A stretch of 64,000 nucleotides of DNA from Patescibacteria group bacterium (GCA_038065415.1 JBBTRA010000002.1:13646-77645), one strand, 5' to 3'; shown: positions 29,316-39,262, counted from the stretch's first letter. Made by a program: numbers and translations. The notes: generated from the letters alone by a model not told the origin.

Positions 29316-30703
29316 GTGGTTCTACGTTTCAAGGCTAGCTCTATCGGACGTATCACGCAATATGCGCTATAAGCCTTCGATTCTGCATTGGTCTTGCCAT
29401 AGAGCTCTCCCATACCTAGATGTCTGAGTAGGCCGTATATTTTGGGGATTGACAGTATTTTTTGCACTCCTTTTTTCCAAGCAAGTTTCTTATGAGCCTT
29501 CGTAAGGGTTGAATTTATCGAGCGAACATAGGCAGGATCGAGTACTTCTCCGAGGATCGCCTCATCGAGTGGAGGCAGCTGACCTTCCTGTATTATCTGG
29601 AGATTGAGAGTGTTATTGCCATCACAGGTGAGACCATCATTTTCGATATCGAGTTTGTGATCTGCAAAGTATTTCTTTTGCCATGATCGGCCAGAGCGTT
29701 CATCTGCTCCGATTGAGAGCATACCGAGTGCAACTTCTGGATCGAGGAAGGGAGACCATGGTTTCCAGGAAAAATGCTCGGGAATCTGATAGAGATAGGT
29801 GAGCAGAATGAGCTTCATACGGGCAAAAAGTATTGGTTGGTAGAATGAGTCATTTATCCTGTTTTTGTGGCGCTCGAAATACGCGGTTCGAAGTGCACGA
29901 TCTGATTTCAGAAGAGATTTGGTATGGTCAGCATGGTCTCCGTGATTACGGGACAAGTTGACGAGGTCACCCTCCGAAGTAATGGGATCAAAATGCACAT
30001 GTCCCGCCCAGAGGTCCCCGATGATGCCACTCAAGAATGCCTGTGCTCCAGGAGCGCTCTTCTTGCGAACTTCTCCGAAGAAATCTAGATGATACATGCC
30101 GTGTGCGTGCACCGCGGGTCCGAACATACCATCCCATTCTTTGAGATATGCTTGAGAATTATGAAGAGGGATGAAGCTCCATTCGAACCCGAGGCGTTTG
30201 GAGGTTTCTGCTGCTCGTATCACTTCGCAGGAACGATGCTGTTCTTCAGATGTGCCATAGGTGAATGCACGCACGCGTGCAGGTTCGCCCAGCATGCTGC
30301 CGAGCAAGCGTGAATCGTAACCACCACTCAAAGGAAGGGTGATAGGTCCCTCGATGCTTTTTTCCCATGTTCTGACTTTGTCTGTGAGTAGGGCAGTCAT
30401 TTCTTCCGGAGTACATATACGCCTATCCGCTGACTCGATCGGGTCAGGAAGCTTTTCTATGAACAATTTTCCTGACTCATCGACGGTGATACGTTCACAT
30501 GCTCCGAGGAATTTTACGTCCTGTATAGGCGTCTGTCCGAAGACCGAGTAGCCAAATTCGAGATAGTTGTTGAAGCCTTCAGGATGGAGCGTCAAATTAG
30601 AATAGTTGATGACGTCGTGTATCGAATGACTCACGGCACCTGTCTTCTCGTTGTAGAAGACAGGTCGCGATGCTAGCCAATCTGTTTCAAAGGTCTTCTT
30701 CAT
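29312..30703 (-). CDS. Asparagine-synthetase-like PP-loop ATP pyrophosphatase (amidotransferase candidate, no obvious N-terminal glutaminase Cys)
   Basis: PP-loop ITLPLSGGYDSRLLGSMLGE (cf. AsnB SGGLDSS); start placed at MKKTFETDW (1 nt after upstream stop); alternative upstream starts would overlap DUF362 gene. Confidence 0.5.
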   Translation of the reverse strand: MKKTFETDWLASRPVFYNEKTGAVSHSIHDVINYSNLTLHPEGFNNYLEFGYSVFGQTPIQDVKFLGACERITVDESGKLFIEKLPDPIESADRRICTPEEMTALLTDKVRTWEKSIEGPITLPLSGGYDSRLLGSMLGEPARVRAFTYGTSEEQHRSCEVIRAAETSKRLGFEWSFIPLHNSQAYLKEWDGMFGPAVHAHGMYHLDFFGEVRKKSAPGAQAFLSGIIGDLWAGHVHFDPITSEGDLVNLSRNHGDHADHTKSLLKSDRALRTAYFERHKNRINDSFYQPILFARMKLILLTYLYQIPEHFSWKPWSPFLDPEVALGMLSIGADERSGRSWQKKYFADHKLDIENDGLTCDGNNTLNLQIIQEGQLPPLDEAILGEVLDPAYVRSINSTLTKAHKKLAWKKGVQKILSIPKIYGLLRHLGMGELYGKTNAESKAYSAYCVIRPIELALKRRTT

Positions 30704-30704
30704 A

Positions 30705-32255
30705 TTAGAGTTCAATATGTCCACGCCAACCTCTTTGCGGAATGAAATTCGCATGATTTTTGCGTATACCATCGACGGAGACATATGAAGGATCGTTGCT
30801 CTTCACGGGTATAGCATCGAGGTTACCCTTCCATCTCTTCAGCCAGGATCTCTTGAGTCCGACACGGAGTGTGGCCATCTTATCTGCATCGAATCCCATG
30901 TAGGTCACGCTGACCGCATCGGCCGCTAGCGGGTTGAGACTGCCTATGAGCGTGCCAACCCTTTTATCCGAAGGGCGGAGCGGACCCTCAGCTTCTCCAG
31001 CGATGATACCGTCGGTGAGCGCCAAGAATATTCTCTGTGGAGTATTTTGCAGGGCTCCTTGTCTGTCGGAATACAAGATGATGCGGATGAGATCGAGGCT
31101 CATGCGCCATGCGGTATCGTTGCCGTACCATGATCCACCGTTGATGTTGCCAATATAGTCTTTTCCACATTTCTTGCGACCGATACGATCTGCGACGCCT
31201 TGTCCGTAGTATTGTATCGGACGTAGGAACCAGCGGTATATGGTATCTGCCAGCTTGTTCTCATGGGAGAGTACATGAAGCTCGCCCCACATGCGGAAGC
31301 GATTGAGTGCATTCTGGAACATGCCAAGATCAGGGTACTCGTCTCCACCGCGTGACGGGTCGCCGATCCTGCAGTGGGGGATATAATTCTTATCTCCCTG
31401 GGTTCCGACCATTGATTTGATATTCAGTGTGGCGCCAACCTTCATGTGTGTCTTGAGCTTGGGTACGGAGATGATGACGTCGGCATTGAGGAATGTCTGA
31501 GCAACCTTGTAGCGATGTGCGCCACCGGTATGGTTGCGTACCGTGTGTTGATTGTCGTAGTCGGCACCATAGAAGAGTGAGCATTGTTTCTCGGTGAGTT
31601 TCGCAAATTCGCTGCTGCCGCGGAGATCGATCTCACGATATCCGGCGGGGTCGCGTTCTTTGATTTCGCGTAGACTCGATGGGCTATAGCCACTCTTTGC
31701 ATCCCACGGAGCGATGAGGGTGCGCAAATCGTAGACTTCGAGATCGAAATTCTTTTCCTTCTTATAAAGTGCAATCATCTCATCCATACCTGTGATCTTC
31801 CTCCAGTTGTCGAAATTCGAGGGTATGATCGGCGCATCAGCGATGACGATTCTACCGGTGCCGCCGAGCGCGATGTACGCATAGTCGACAAGCGCGCGCA
31901 TGACTGATCCGTGGGTGATGCTCGCAAATGAAGATGCTGCGCGATTGAGGTTTTTGTCCCAGACGGCATTGGGCTTGATGACTACAGTATTACCCTTAGC
32001 TATGATGTCCGAGAGAGGGTTCCAATTCTTCGTTCCGTAGTTTTGTGCATCGAAGCCAAGGGTGTGTAGTACTTCGCGTACCCCCGAGTATGCGGGATTC
32101 TTCACCCCTGTACTTATGGTATCCACGCCAAAAGGATATTCTGGATATGCCTCGTCGGGATGGTAGGGTGCTGTCTCGAAATATTCGGTTGCGCCTGTTT
32201 TCCAGATTGCTACGGTTGCCTGCTCGAGAAAATCTTTTTTGGTGAATCGGGTCAT
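30705..32255 (-). CDS. DUF362-family protein (516 aa)
   Basis: …KGNTVVIKPNAVWDKN…GGTGRIVIADAP… matches DUF362 hallmark (xLIKPNLV … IVGD/AP). Confidence 0.5.
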   Translation of the reverse strand: MTRFTKKDFLEQATVAIWKTGATEYFETAPYHPDEAYPEYPFGVDTISTGVKNPAYSGVREVLHTLGFDAQNYGTKNWNPLSDIIAKGNTVVIKPNAVWDKNLNRAASSFASITHGSVMRALVDYAYIALGGTGRIVIADAPIIPSNFDNWRKITGMDEMIALYKKEKNFDLEVYDLRTLIAPWDAKSGYSPSSLREIKERDPAGYREIDLRGSSEFAKLTEKQCSLFYGADYDNQHTVRNHTGGAHRYKVAQTFLNADVIISVPKLKTHMKVGATLNIKSMVGTQGDKNYIPHCRIGDPSRGGDEYPDLGMFQNALNRFRMWGELHVLSHENKLADTIYRWFLRPIQYYGQGVADRIGRKKCGKDYIGNINGGSWYGNDTAWRMSLDLIRIILYSDRQGALQNTPQRIFLALTDGIIAGEAEGPLRPSDKRVGTLIGSLNPLAADAVSVTYMGFDADKMATLRVGLKRSWLKRWKGNLDAIPVKSNDPSYVSVDGIRKNHANFIPQRGWRGHIEL

Positions 32256-32264
32256 ATGTGTGAG

Positions 32265-33221
32265 TTAGTAGAATACACGATTCGGCTTGGTGGTCACGAA
32301 GAATTTCTCCTTACCCTTGTAGTACTCCCAGTCGATGCCTGTACGATCAAATATGATGAAAGGTACATTGCCATACCATGCGGCAAAAGGGCCAAAGGTG
32401 CTGTCTGAGCCGATGATCACGTCGGTTGCGGCCAAAGTGAAAAGGTCTTCCGCAGGAGATCCTGTGGGGAAGAATGCGTTAATACTTTTGAAATGGTCAG
32501 GGTTGAGCTTCTCATCGGAGCATATCACGAAGCAGATGTCTTGGGTTTGCATGCCGGATTGTGTGACATACTCAGTGAGTATTTTTTCAACCTGCTGTGG
32601 TTCGAAGAAGAATTTCTTCTCTTCGACATAACGATAATCACCGAGGCGGAAGTGGACACCGACGACGTGTTTGAAATTAGCACGAGGATAAGCGAGTACA
32701 GAGGAGACGTGGGTTCGCACTTTTTTCTTAGGTTTAATCGCGGTCATGATGTCAGCTCGATATTTTTCCATGCCAATCGGATTGCGGTACATCCATCCAG
32801 TCACATATGCAGCACTGTCGCCTGAGTCCTCAATCATTTTGAGTTTGCGTGCCTGATCCGTATCAGCTACCTCGGTCGGCGGCAAATAGAAAGGACGCCA
32901 AGAATCAACTTCTACAGTATCGTTGATTGTTTCTGGATGTTTGGCGAGAGTGCGTTTGGTATATTTTGGAAATACCCAATGTCTGAGTGGAGACCATTTC
33001 CTGAAGGATATTTTCCGGAGCGGCGAATAGAATAGCAACCAAATCAGCCAGTTGCCTACAGGCATCTCTATTTCATCGCTGTATGTTGAGAAACAATAGT
33101 TCCTGAACTCATAGCCCTTCTCTATGCAGTACGCATAGAGCGCAGCAGAAGGCCAGAGCTGGTTGCCGAGACGGCCGCCATAATGTTGAAGGTAGACTAT
33201 TTTTTTCTTGGAGGGTGTCAT
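32265..33221 (-). CDS. Glycosyltransferase family 11-like (alpha-1,2-fucosyltransferase family)
   Basis: HFRLGDY (cf. GT11 HxRRGDY), …VICSDE…, …IIGSDSTFGPFAAWYGN…. Confidence 0.6.
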   Translation of the reverse strand: MTPSKKKIVYLQHYGGRLGNQLWPSAALYAYCIEKGYEFRNYCFSTYSDEIEMPVGNWLIWLLFYSPLRKISFRKWSPLRHWVFPKYTKRTLAKHPETINDTVEVDSWRPFYLPPTEVADTDQARKLKMIEDSGDSAAYVTGWMYRNPIGMEKYRADIMTAIKPKKKVRTHVSSVLAYPRANFKHVVGVHFRLGDYRYVEEKKFFFEPQQVEKILTEYVTQSGMQTQDICFVICSDEKLNPDHFKSINAFFPTGSPAEDLFTLAATDVIIGSDSTFGPFAAWYGNVPFIIFDRTGIDWEYYKGKEKFFVTTKPNRVFY

Positions 33222-33234
33222 GAGATAGTTTGAT

Positions 33235-34326
33235 CTAAAATGAATTGAGCGCCTTGATCACAGTGTCGACCTCTGCGTCCGTGAGTTCAGGGAATATCGG
33301 CAGAGAAATTATCTCGTCAGCTGCCTTTTCTGTGTTGGGCAGATCGCCTTTCTTACCGCCCAATCCTTCATACGCCGTCTGCAGGTGAACCGGATGTTTG
33401 TAGTGGAAACCATGGCCGATCGAATGCTGTTCCAGATGCTTGATCAAGGTGTCTCTGTCAGCTGTTCGTATCACGAAGAGGTGGTACGTATGCCATGCAC
33501 CTGGCCTTTCTGTGGGTAAAATAAGCTTCGGATTCTTGATGCTGTTTGCGTATTGCGCAGCAATCTCTCGGCGGCGCTCATTGGCTGCTCCGAGTAGGGG
33601 GAGCTTCACGCGTAGGATTGCGGCCTGGATCTCGTCCATACGGCTGTTCCAACCTTCCACCTCGGCAAAATACGTCTTTTTCATACCATACATGCGCATA
33701 GCCCTGCAGGTGTCCGCAACTTCCTGGCTGTTTGTGACGATCATACCACCATCGCCATAGGCTCCTAGATTCTTTGTAGGGTAGAAGCTGAAGCATGCAG
33801 CATTGCCGAAGCTACCGATCGTCTTTCCGTTCAGTTGTGTCCCCGTCGATTGTGCGCAGTCTTCGACGACGATGAGCTTGTGTTTGTGCGCAATTTTCAT
33901 GATTGCATCCATATCGCAGGCATTGCCATAGAGGTGGACGGGTACAATCGCACGAGTCTTTGTTGTGATTGCAGCCTCTATCTTACTTGTGTCGATGGTG
34001 AAGTAGTGGTCTGTGTCTACAAAAATGGGGGTTGCGCCGAGTTCCCGGATCGCGCTCACGGTTGGTACGGCAGTATTCGCTACGGTGATCACTTCATCGC
34101 CAGCCTGTACGCCGAGTGCTCGCAGGGCGATTTTGAGCGCATCAGTGCCAGAATTCACAGCGATGGCGTATTTTGCACCAATGAACGCGGAGAATTCCTG
34201 TTCGAGAGATTCACCCTCTTTTCCGAGAATATACTTGCCCGAGTCGAGGACGCGTTTGATGGCGGCCATTACTTCCGGCTCTATCTTTTTCCAGCTGCGC
34301 TGACTATCGAAGAAGGGGATTACCAT
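33235..34326 (-). CDS. DegT/DnrJ/EryC1/StrS-family PLP-dependent sugar aminotransferase (FdtB-like)
   Basis: …FIGAKYAIAVNSGTDALKIALRALGV…; …CFSFYPTKNLGAYGDGGMIVTN… (Lys in PTKN). Confidence 0.85.
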   Translation of the reverse strand: MVIPFFDSQRSWKKIEPEVMAAIKRVLDSGKYILGKEGESLEQEFSAFIGAKYAIAVNSGTDALKIALRALGVQAGDEVITVANTAVPTVSAIRELGATPIFVDTDHYFTIDTSKIEAAITTKTRAIVPVHLYGNACDMDAIMKIAHKHKLIVVEDCAQSTGTQLNGKTIGSFGNAACFSFYPTKNLGAYGDGGMIVTNSQEVADTCRAMRMYGMKKTYFAEVEGWNSRMDEIQAAILRVKLPLLGAANERRREIAAQYANSIKNPKLILPTERPGAWHTYHLFVIRTADRDTLIKHLEQHSIGHGFHYKHPVHLQTAYEGLGGKKGDLPNTEKAADEIISLPIFPELTDAEVDTVIKALNSF

Positions 34327-34754
34327 GGCTTTTTCTCTGCAACGAATTTCATGAAGTCGTCGTAACTTCGGATGTAGTCTTTCTCGTCATATTCGGTGTC
34401 GGCGATGACGAGCAGGATCGCGTCATCGCTGAAGCTATGCATGACATGCCACACATACGGGAGGAGCAGTACACCTTCATTGGCCGCTGAGAGCGCGACG
34501 GACGTCTTCTCAGAGCCATTGTCGAGATCTACCGAACATGATCCCTGGAGGCAGAAAAGTATCTGGTTCGTCTCGTGATGCGTATGACCGCCGCGGGTGT
34601 CGTCGTTCTTCATGCCCTGCATGGTCAGTATCCTTTTCGGTTGGAAGGGAAGTTTCTCGACGCCTTTATTCTGTACATATTCATACATGGTCAAAACTCC
34701 GTTCTTGGTATCGCGGCTCGGGAACTTCAGCATTTTGTAGAATTCTTTTTTCAT
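34320..34754 (-). CDS. WxcM/FdtA-like cupin (dTDP-4-keto-6-deoxyhexose 3,4-ketoisomerase family)
   Basis: 144 aa; …RGGHTHHETNQILFCLQGSCSVDLDNG… cupin His motif; overlaps aminotransferase gene by 7 nt. Confidence 0.65.
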   Translation of the reverse strand: MKKEFYKMLKFPSRDTKNGVLTMYEYVQNKGVEKLPFQPKRILTMQGMKNDDTRGGHTHHETNQILFCLQGSCSVDLDNGSEKTSVALSAANEGVLLLPYVWHVMHSFSDDAILLVIADTEYDEKDYIRSYDDFMKFVAEKKPW

Positions 34755-34764
34755 TTGGGGCGGC

Positions 34765-35769
34765 TTATTTACCGATAAGCCCTTTGATCTTGCTAGCGAT
34801 CTTTGCCTTCATGCCTTGTTTGATTTTGGCGGTGCCTGTCTCGCAGAGCTTGAGATATTCGGGTATATAGGCATCGAGGGTCATCTTCGGAGTCCAACCG
34901 AGTGAGCGGATCTTATCAGCAGCAATGGCATAGCGTACATCTTGACCGCTCCTGTTGCCCACGAACTCATAGAAGTCCTGTGGCTTGCCCATATGTTTGA
35001 GGATCATTTTGATGACTTCGAGGTTGGTGTGGCTTTCTCCGGATGAGATATTGTATATCTCATCATCCTTTCCTTCCTCCATGACCTTGAAGACTGCTTC
35101 GCAATAATCCTTCACATATATCCATTCACGAATGTACTTGCCGTTGCCATGAACAGGAACCTTGGAGCCTTTGGTAGTGAGCTTGATGGTCTTGGGGATG
35201 AGCTTCTCCGCCTGCTGACCGTAACCATAGTTGTTGCTACCACGGCAGAGACGCGAGCGGACACCGTAGGTGCGCGACCATGCGAACACGAGCTGATCGG
35301 CGGCAGCCTTGGTTGCAGAATAAGGGCTCGATGGCTTGAGCTTGTCTTCTTCTGTGAAGAAGTCGGTATCACGGTCTCCGTAGACCTCGTCGGTCGAGAT
35401 ATGGACGAGGAGTGGGCGATCGACGGCATCCTTGCGGCGAAGAAGTTCGAGCAGGGTATGGACTCCCTTGACGTTGCTCTTGAAGAAAACTTCGTTGGAT
35501 GCGATGGAGTTGTCGACATGAGACTCGGCGGCGAAGTTCACAATGGTTGATATGCCACCTGGAAGCGCTTTGAGCTCGGCAATATCGGCGCGGATGAACT
35601 CGTAGTTTGGATGCTGGTCAAAATTGGTGTCCTTGCGGGCGGCATAGGTCATCTTGTCGATGTTGACCACGCGATAGCCTCGTTCGAGCGCCATCTCGAT
35701 GAAGTTGGAGCCAATGAAGCCTAATCCTCCGGTTACCATGATCTTCTTGGATGTAGTCATATTCATCAT
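34765..35769 (-). CDS. rfbB: dTDP-glucose 4,6-dehydratase
   Basis: KIMVTGGLGFIGSNFIEMALERGYRVVNIDKMTYA…NFAAESHVDNSI…HISTDEVYGD…. Confidence 0.8.
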   Translation of the reverse strand: MMNMTTSKKIMVTGGLGFIGSNFIEMALERGYRVVNIDKMTYAARKDTNFDQHPNYEFIRADIAELKALPGGISTIVNFAAESHVDNSIASNEVFFKSNVKGVHTLLELLRRKDAVDRPLLVHISTDEVYGDRDTDFFTEEDKLKPSSPYSATKAAADQLVFAWSRTYGVRSRLCRGSNNYGYGQQAEKLIPKTIKLTTKGSKVPVHGNGKYIREWIYVKDYCEAVFKVMEEGKDDEIYNISSGESHTNLEVIKMILKHMGKPQDFYEFVGNRSGQDVRYAIAADKIRSLGWTPKMTLDAYIPEYLKLCETGTAKIKQGMKAKIASKIKGLIGK

Positions 35770-35770
35770 A

Positions 35771-36835
35771 TTATACCGCCTTTCGGGGCCTGAATATATT
35801 GATAATAGGCTGCAAAAATGGCCTGATGAGATCCTTGAACGCCCACCACCAGAGAGGGAAGGCGACAGTCTTCAGCTCATCCGAAATACCTGTACGCTGG
35901 ATAGTTCCGGCGATAAAATCGGGCTGTATCATGCGGATGGTTTTCATCGCCTTGTAGAGCTCGTTGCGGTACTGATTATAGATGAGCCTTTTGATGAAGG
36001 TTGGTTTACCATAGTTGTGAGCCGTCTTGGCTATAGAGACCCTGAACGGTGATGGCAGAAAATATATTTTGAAGCTTGAGAAATGGAAAAAGATGAGTGG
36101 AACATCATCGATCATTACTACTCCATTTTTACGGTATATTTTGTCCTTGAAATTGCCAATGCACCATGGGGCGAGATTGGATCCCTTGTGGGTGAGAATG
36201 TAAACGCCTTTGAATTTTTCTTCAAAAAAGTCGAGATACTTCTGATCGCCAAAACGGTCAGGTTCTACTCGCGCGTAACACCATTCGATACATTTGTCGC
36301 TCCACCAGGTTAGACATGCTCGACCATCGTCATCGTTTCTGAAAATCACCATGCCGACATTGTATTTCCCCACATCCTTCTCTTTGTGGCGACGATTCTC
36401 TGGGTGATTGTGTGGAATGATAAGAGTCGAATTGTTCCCGAAGAGGTCAAATATAGGCTGTACCGATGAATAGAAGTAAAGGTCGGCGTCGACGTAGATG
36501 ACGAGTTGAGACGCATCACCTGGATCTGTATAGTTTTTCATTACATGCTGAGTGAATCCGCTTCCGAGCGTCCAACAGTATTCTTCGAGAGTTCTGGTTT
36601 TTTTCGTGGCGGCAATCGCTGGCTCTTTTTGTTCGAATTCAACACGACTTACGAGAGTGACGCGTGGTAGCGCGAGTTTCGTGAGTAATGCATGAGATTC
36701 TTCGTCAACGCAGAGGATATAGAGTTGGAAAGGCTGGGGTGCATATCTTATGAGCGACGCATGAAGTGCGAGTCCACGATTGGTGAATCCTTTATCGAAC
36801 AATGTTACGTAGAGATGCTTCATGATTTTTTGCAT
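35771..36835 (-). CDS. Putative GT-A-fold glycosyltransferase (DxD: …IYVDADLYF…)
   Basis: MQKIMKHLYVTLFDKGF…; 1-nt gap to rfbB start; no confident family. Confidence 0.4.
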   Translation of the reverse strand: MQKIMKHLYVTLFDKGFTNRGLALHASLIRYAPQPFQLYILCVDEESHALLTKLALPRVTLVSRVEFEQKEPAIAATKKTRTLEEYCWTLGSGFTQHVMKNYTDPGDASQLVIYVDADLYFYSSVQPIFDLFGNNSTLIIPHNHPENRRHKEKDVGKYNVGMVIFRNDDDGRACLTWWSDKCIEWCYARVEPDRFGDQKYLDFFEEKFKGVYILTHKGSNLAPWCIGNFKDKIYRKNGVVMIDDVPLIFFHFSSFKIYFLPSPFRVSIAKTAHNYGKPTFIKRLIYNQYRNELYKAMKTIRMIQPDFIAGTIQRTGISDELKTVAFPLWWWAFKDLIRPFLQPIINIFRPRKAV

Positions 36836-37617
36836 AGATAGCTGGTTATTAATACGGGCTCACCAAGACCTGGAACATTCATCGAACTGATGGTTTCACT
36901 CGCTGCAACGTCGAGACCGTATTTCTTGAAGAGGTCGAATAGTTCAGACTCATTGAAGAATATCTCGAACATTGGCAGGCCATAGCCGATCTTTTCTGCA
37001 TAGGTTGTCGATGTCGATCTCACGACTGGCGTGCGGTGAAATAATGCATACTGCGTAGCGACGCGAGCGGTCTCGGCAATAGCCTTCTCGTAATCGATAA
37101 TATGGAGTATACAGCAGCCTGATATGGCGATATCGAAAGATGTATCAGGATATCCGAGTTTTGTAGCGTCTTCAGTCCGAAATGATATACCCGGATGCAG
37201 TTCTTTTGCTTTTGCTACAAAAGCCTCTGAATAATCACATCCTTCATATGAGACCTCGAGTCCTGCGTCTTTGAATACATCTGCGTAATATCCTGTCGAG
37301 CAGCCAATTTCGAGGATGGTCGGCTTGGTCAAATGTGTTGCACGGATAAGTTTAACTGCAGCTTCATAGACAGGTGCGCTTTTAGGGGATCGAGCGTTAA
37401 CTTTGAGCTGTTGGGCAGGAATAGATGAATCCTTCCAGATATCCTCATATTTTCTTTTAAGTTCTGCGAGATTTGGATTTTTCAGAATACTATAGTGGCC
37501 CGAAGCTTTTTCTGTGCGAGGACGCAGAGTATACAAACACTTTTTAGCGAATGACCAAAGTGGCGTTGGTATGACGGACTTCAGATTGCGGAGCTTGTTT
37601 TTTAGAGTATTCTTCAT
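36820..37617 (-). CDS. Class I SAM-dependent methyltransferase
   Basis: …ILEIGCSTGYYADVFKDAGLEVSYEGCDYSE…FDIAISGCCILHI…. Confidence 0.65.
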   Translation of the reverse strand: MKNTLKNKLRNLKSVIPTPLWSFAKKCLYTLRPRTEKASGHYSILKNPNLAELKRKYEDIWKDSSIPAQQLKVNARSPKSAPVYEAAVKLIRATHLTKPTILEIGCSTGYYADVFKDAGLEVSYEGCDYSEAFVAKAKELHPGISFRTEDATKLGYPDTSFDIAISGCCILHIIDYEKAIAETARVATQYALFHRTPVVRSTSTTYAEKIGYGLPMFEIFFNESELFDLFKKYGLDVAASETISSMNVPGLGEPVLITSYLCKKS

Positions 37618-37623
37618 GTCAGT

Positions 37624-38340
37624 TTATTTCTTTGCCACGATAATATTATCCATGTAGAGATCATTATTCTTCGGCAGTATCCGGTACAGGATGGATCCGA
37701 TTATTGTTACCGGCGCTATGAGTATGGCATAGCTGAGTAGCTTCAGGTAGTAGTTCTTGAAAGGGAGCGACTTGTGGATATAGCAGGCGATAAGCTGGAA
37801 TATCACGCGAATATCGTTGAGGCTTTTTCGGTGCTCGATAATCGTGAAGCCATGTTCTTTGAGGAGATGTGCAACGCCAAATGAAGAATACCGCGCATAG
37901 TCGTAAGGTTGGGAGTGCTCGTCCCAGACGAACGGCACGCTCATGAGTATGCTGCCGCCCTTCTTGAGGGTGCGGTTGATTTCTGTAAGGAATTCGTCGG
38001 GATTGAAGACGTGTTCAAGCACTTGAGTGAATATGATGCCGTCAAAGGTTTCGTCTGCAAAAGGGAACTTCTTAGTGTCGTAGAACACATCTATCTGCTT
38101 GATCTTCCTATTCTCCGGAGAGTCGTAGTCCATGCCGATATATTCGGTTGCGTGCGTGAAAAGCTTCTCATAGGGCTTGGTGCCGCAGCCGACATCCAGA
38201 ACTTTGCCGGTGATGTGGCTGCTCAACTCCTTCATATTCTGGTGCAAGGCGCGGCGCACGAAATAGAATGGGTTGAAGACCATGCCGAGGAGCTTCGGGT
38301 TGTATTTCTGCGACTGAATTTTTTGGAAAAATTTCGACAT
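37624..38340 (-). CDS. Class I SAM-dependent methyltransferase (paralog of 39259..40035)
   Basis: Start at Met36 (revcomp ATG 38338-38340): MSKFFQKIQ…FNPFYFVRRAL…VLDVGCGTKPYEKLF…. Confidence 0.6.
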   Translation of the reverse strand: MSKFFQKIQSQKYNPKLLGMVFNPFYFVRRALHQNMKELSSHITGKVLDVGCGTKPYEKLFTHATEYIGMDYDSPENRKIKQIDVFYDTKKFPFADETFDGIIFTQVLEHVFNPDEFLTEINRTLKKGGSILMSVPFVWDEHSQPYDYARYSSFGVAHLLKEHGFTIIEHRKSLNDIRVIFQLIACYIHKSLPFKNYYLKLLSYAILIAPVTIIGSILYRILPKNNDLYMDNIIVAKK

Positions 38341-38362
38341 GCGAGTGTAGGTTTGAGCAGGC

Positions 38363-39262
38363 TTATGAGCGGATCTTATTGATAATTCGACGGATGATGC
38401 TCGGTTTTTTTGGTCGGAGATAGTCGGCGAACAGTGCGCGTGCACGAGAGTCTTCTTGGAGCGGGATCCGTTCGGCCCGGATCTTCCGGTCAGATAGCGT
38501 ACTGCGGTATTTCAGTGTCTTCTTGGAGTGTGTACCGGTCGTGTCATGACCGATGTTATCGACGAGCGATATGCCCGGATAGAGCGTGAGTTTTGCTGCT
38601 AGAAATGAGGAGGCGTGCCAGCGTACTGCCCAGGAATTGTTTGTGCCGGCAATCTGACCTTTCAACATATCAGTGAAAGGGTACGATCCATCGAGATCGA
38701 ATGCTTGTGTCAGATTTTGTTCCTCGAGTTGTATCAAGAGGGCCTTACCGTCTGGATTGAATTCGGCCCAGGCTCTCTTCCAAGTAGCCCAGCCCCAGCA
38801 GTCTGCACCTCGCAGAAAGAATGTCTCGGGAAGTTTTTCCTTTACAGCGTAGCTGTACCCGTGGATGCTCGCTACTTTGTTATCGTGTTTGTAGAGGTTG
38901 AGTCCGTCGTTCATATAGGTGAGGAAATATGGTGAAGTGACGAGATCGTCCTCAACGATAATTATCTGCTCGTATGTGTTCACGATCTCGGTGACACCAG
39001 TGATGATTGATTTGGCCAGGCCGTAATTTTCCGCACGCTCTACTATATGCACAGATTTGAAACCTGCAACTGATTTGAGGTATGTGCGAACAGCAGTGAC
39101 TCCTTCCAGTGCCGCTTCATTCTTGGCTCCATCGGCGAAGATGAAAAGATCGCTTTCGGCAGCAAGCATATTCTGCTGCAGAGCTTCAATCGTTTTTTGT
39201 GTATGCTCAGGACGATTGTAGACAAAGAGGGCTATGGGGGCGTAATTTTTCATGGAGTTCAT
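38363..39262 (-). CDS. Glycosyltransferase family 2-like
   Basis: …APIALFVYNRPEHTQKTIEAL…IIVEDDL… (DxD); start MNSMKNY forms ATGA overlap with upstream stop. Confidence 0.6.
   Translation of the reverse strand: MNSMKNYAPIALFVYNRPEHTQKTIEALQQNMLAAESDLFIFADGAKNEAALEGVTAVRTYLKSVAGFKSVHIVERAENYGLAKSIITGVTEIVNTYEQIIIVEDDLVTSPYFLTYMNDGLNLYKHDNKVASIHGYSYAVKEKLPETFFLRGADCWGWATWKRAWAEFNPDGKALLIQLEEQNLTQAFDLDGSYPFTDMLKGQIAGTNNSWAVRWHASSFLAAKLTLYPGISLVDNIGHDTTGTHSKKTLKYRSTLSDRKIRAERIPLQEDSRARALFADYLRPKKPSIIRRIINKIRS

Noticed and set aside
35112-35550. 135-aa minus-strand and 133-aa plus-strand ORFs
   Set aside because: Alternative frames within the high-confidence rfbB gene.
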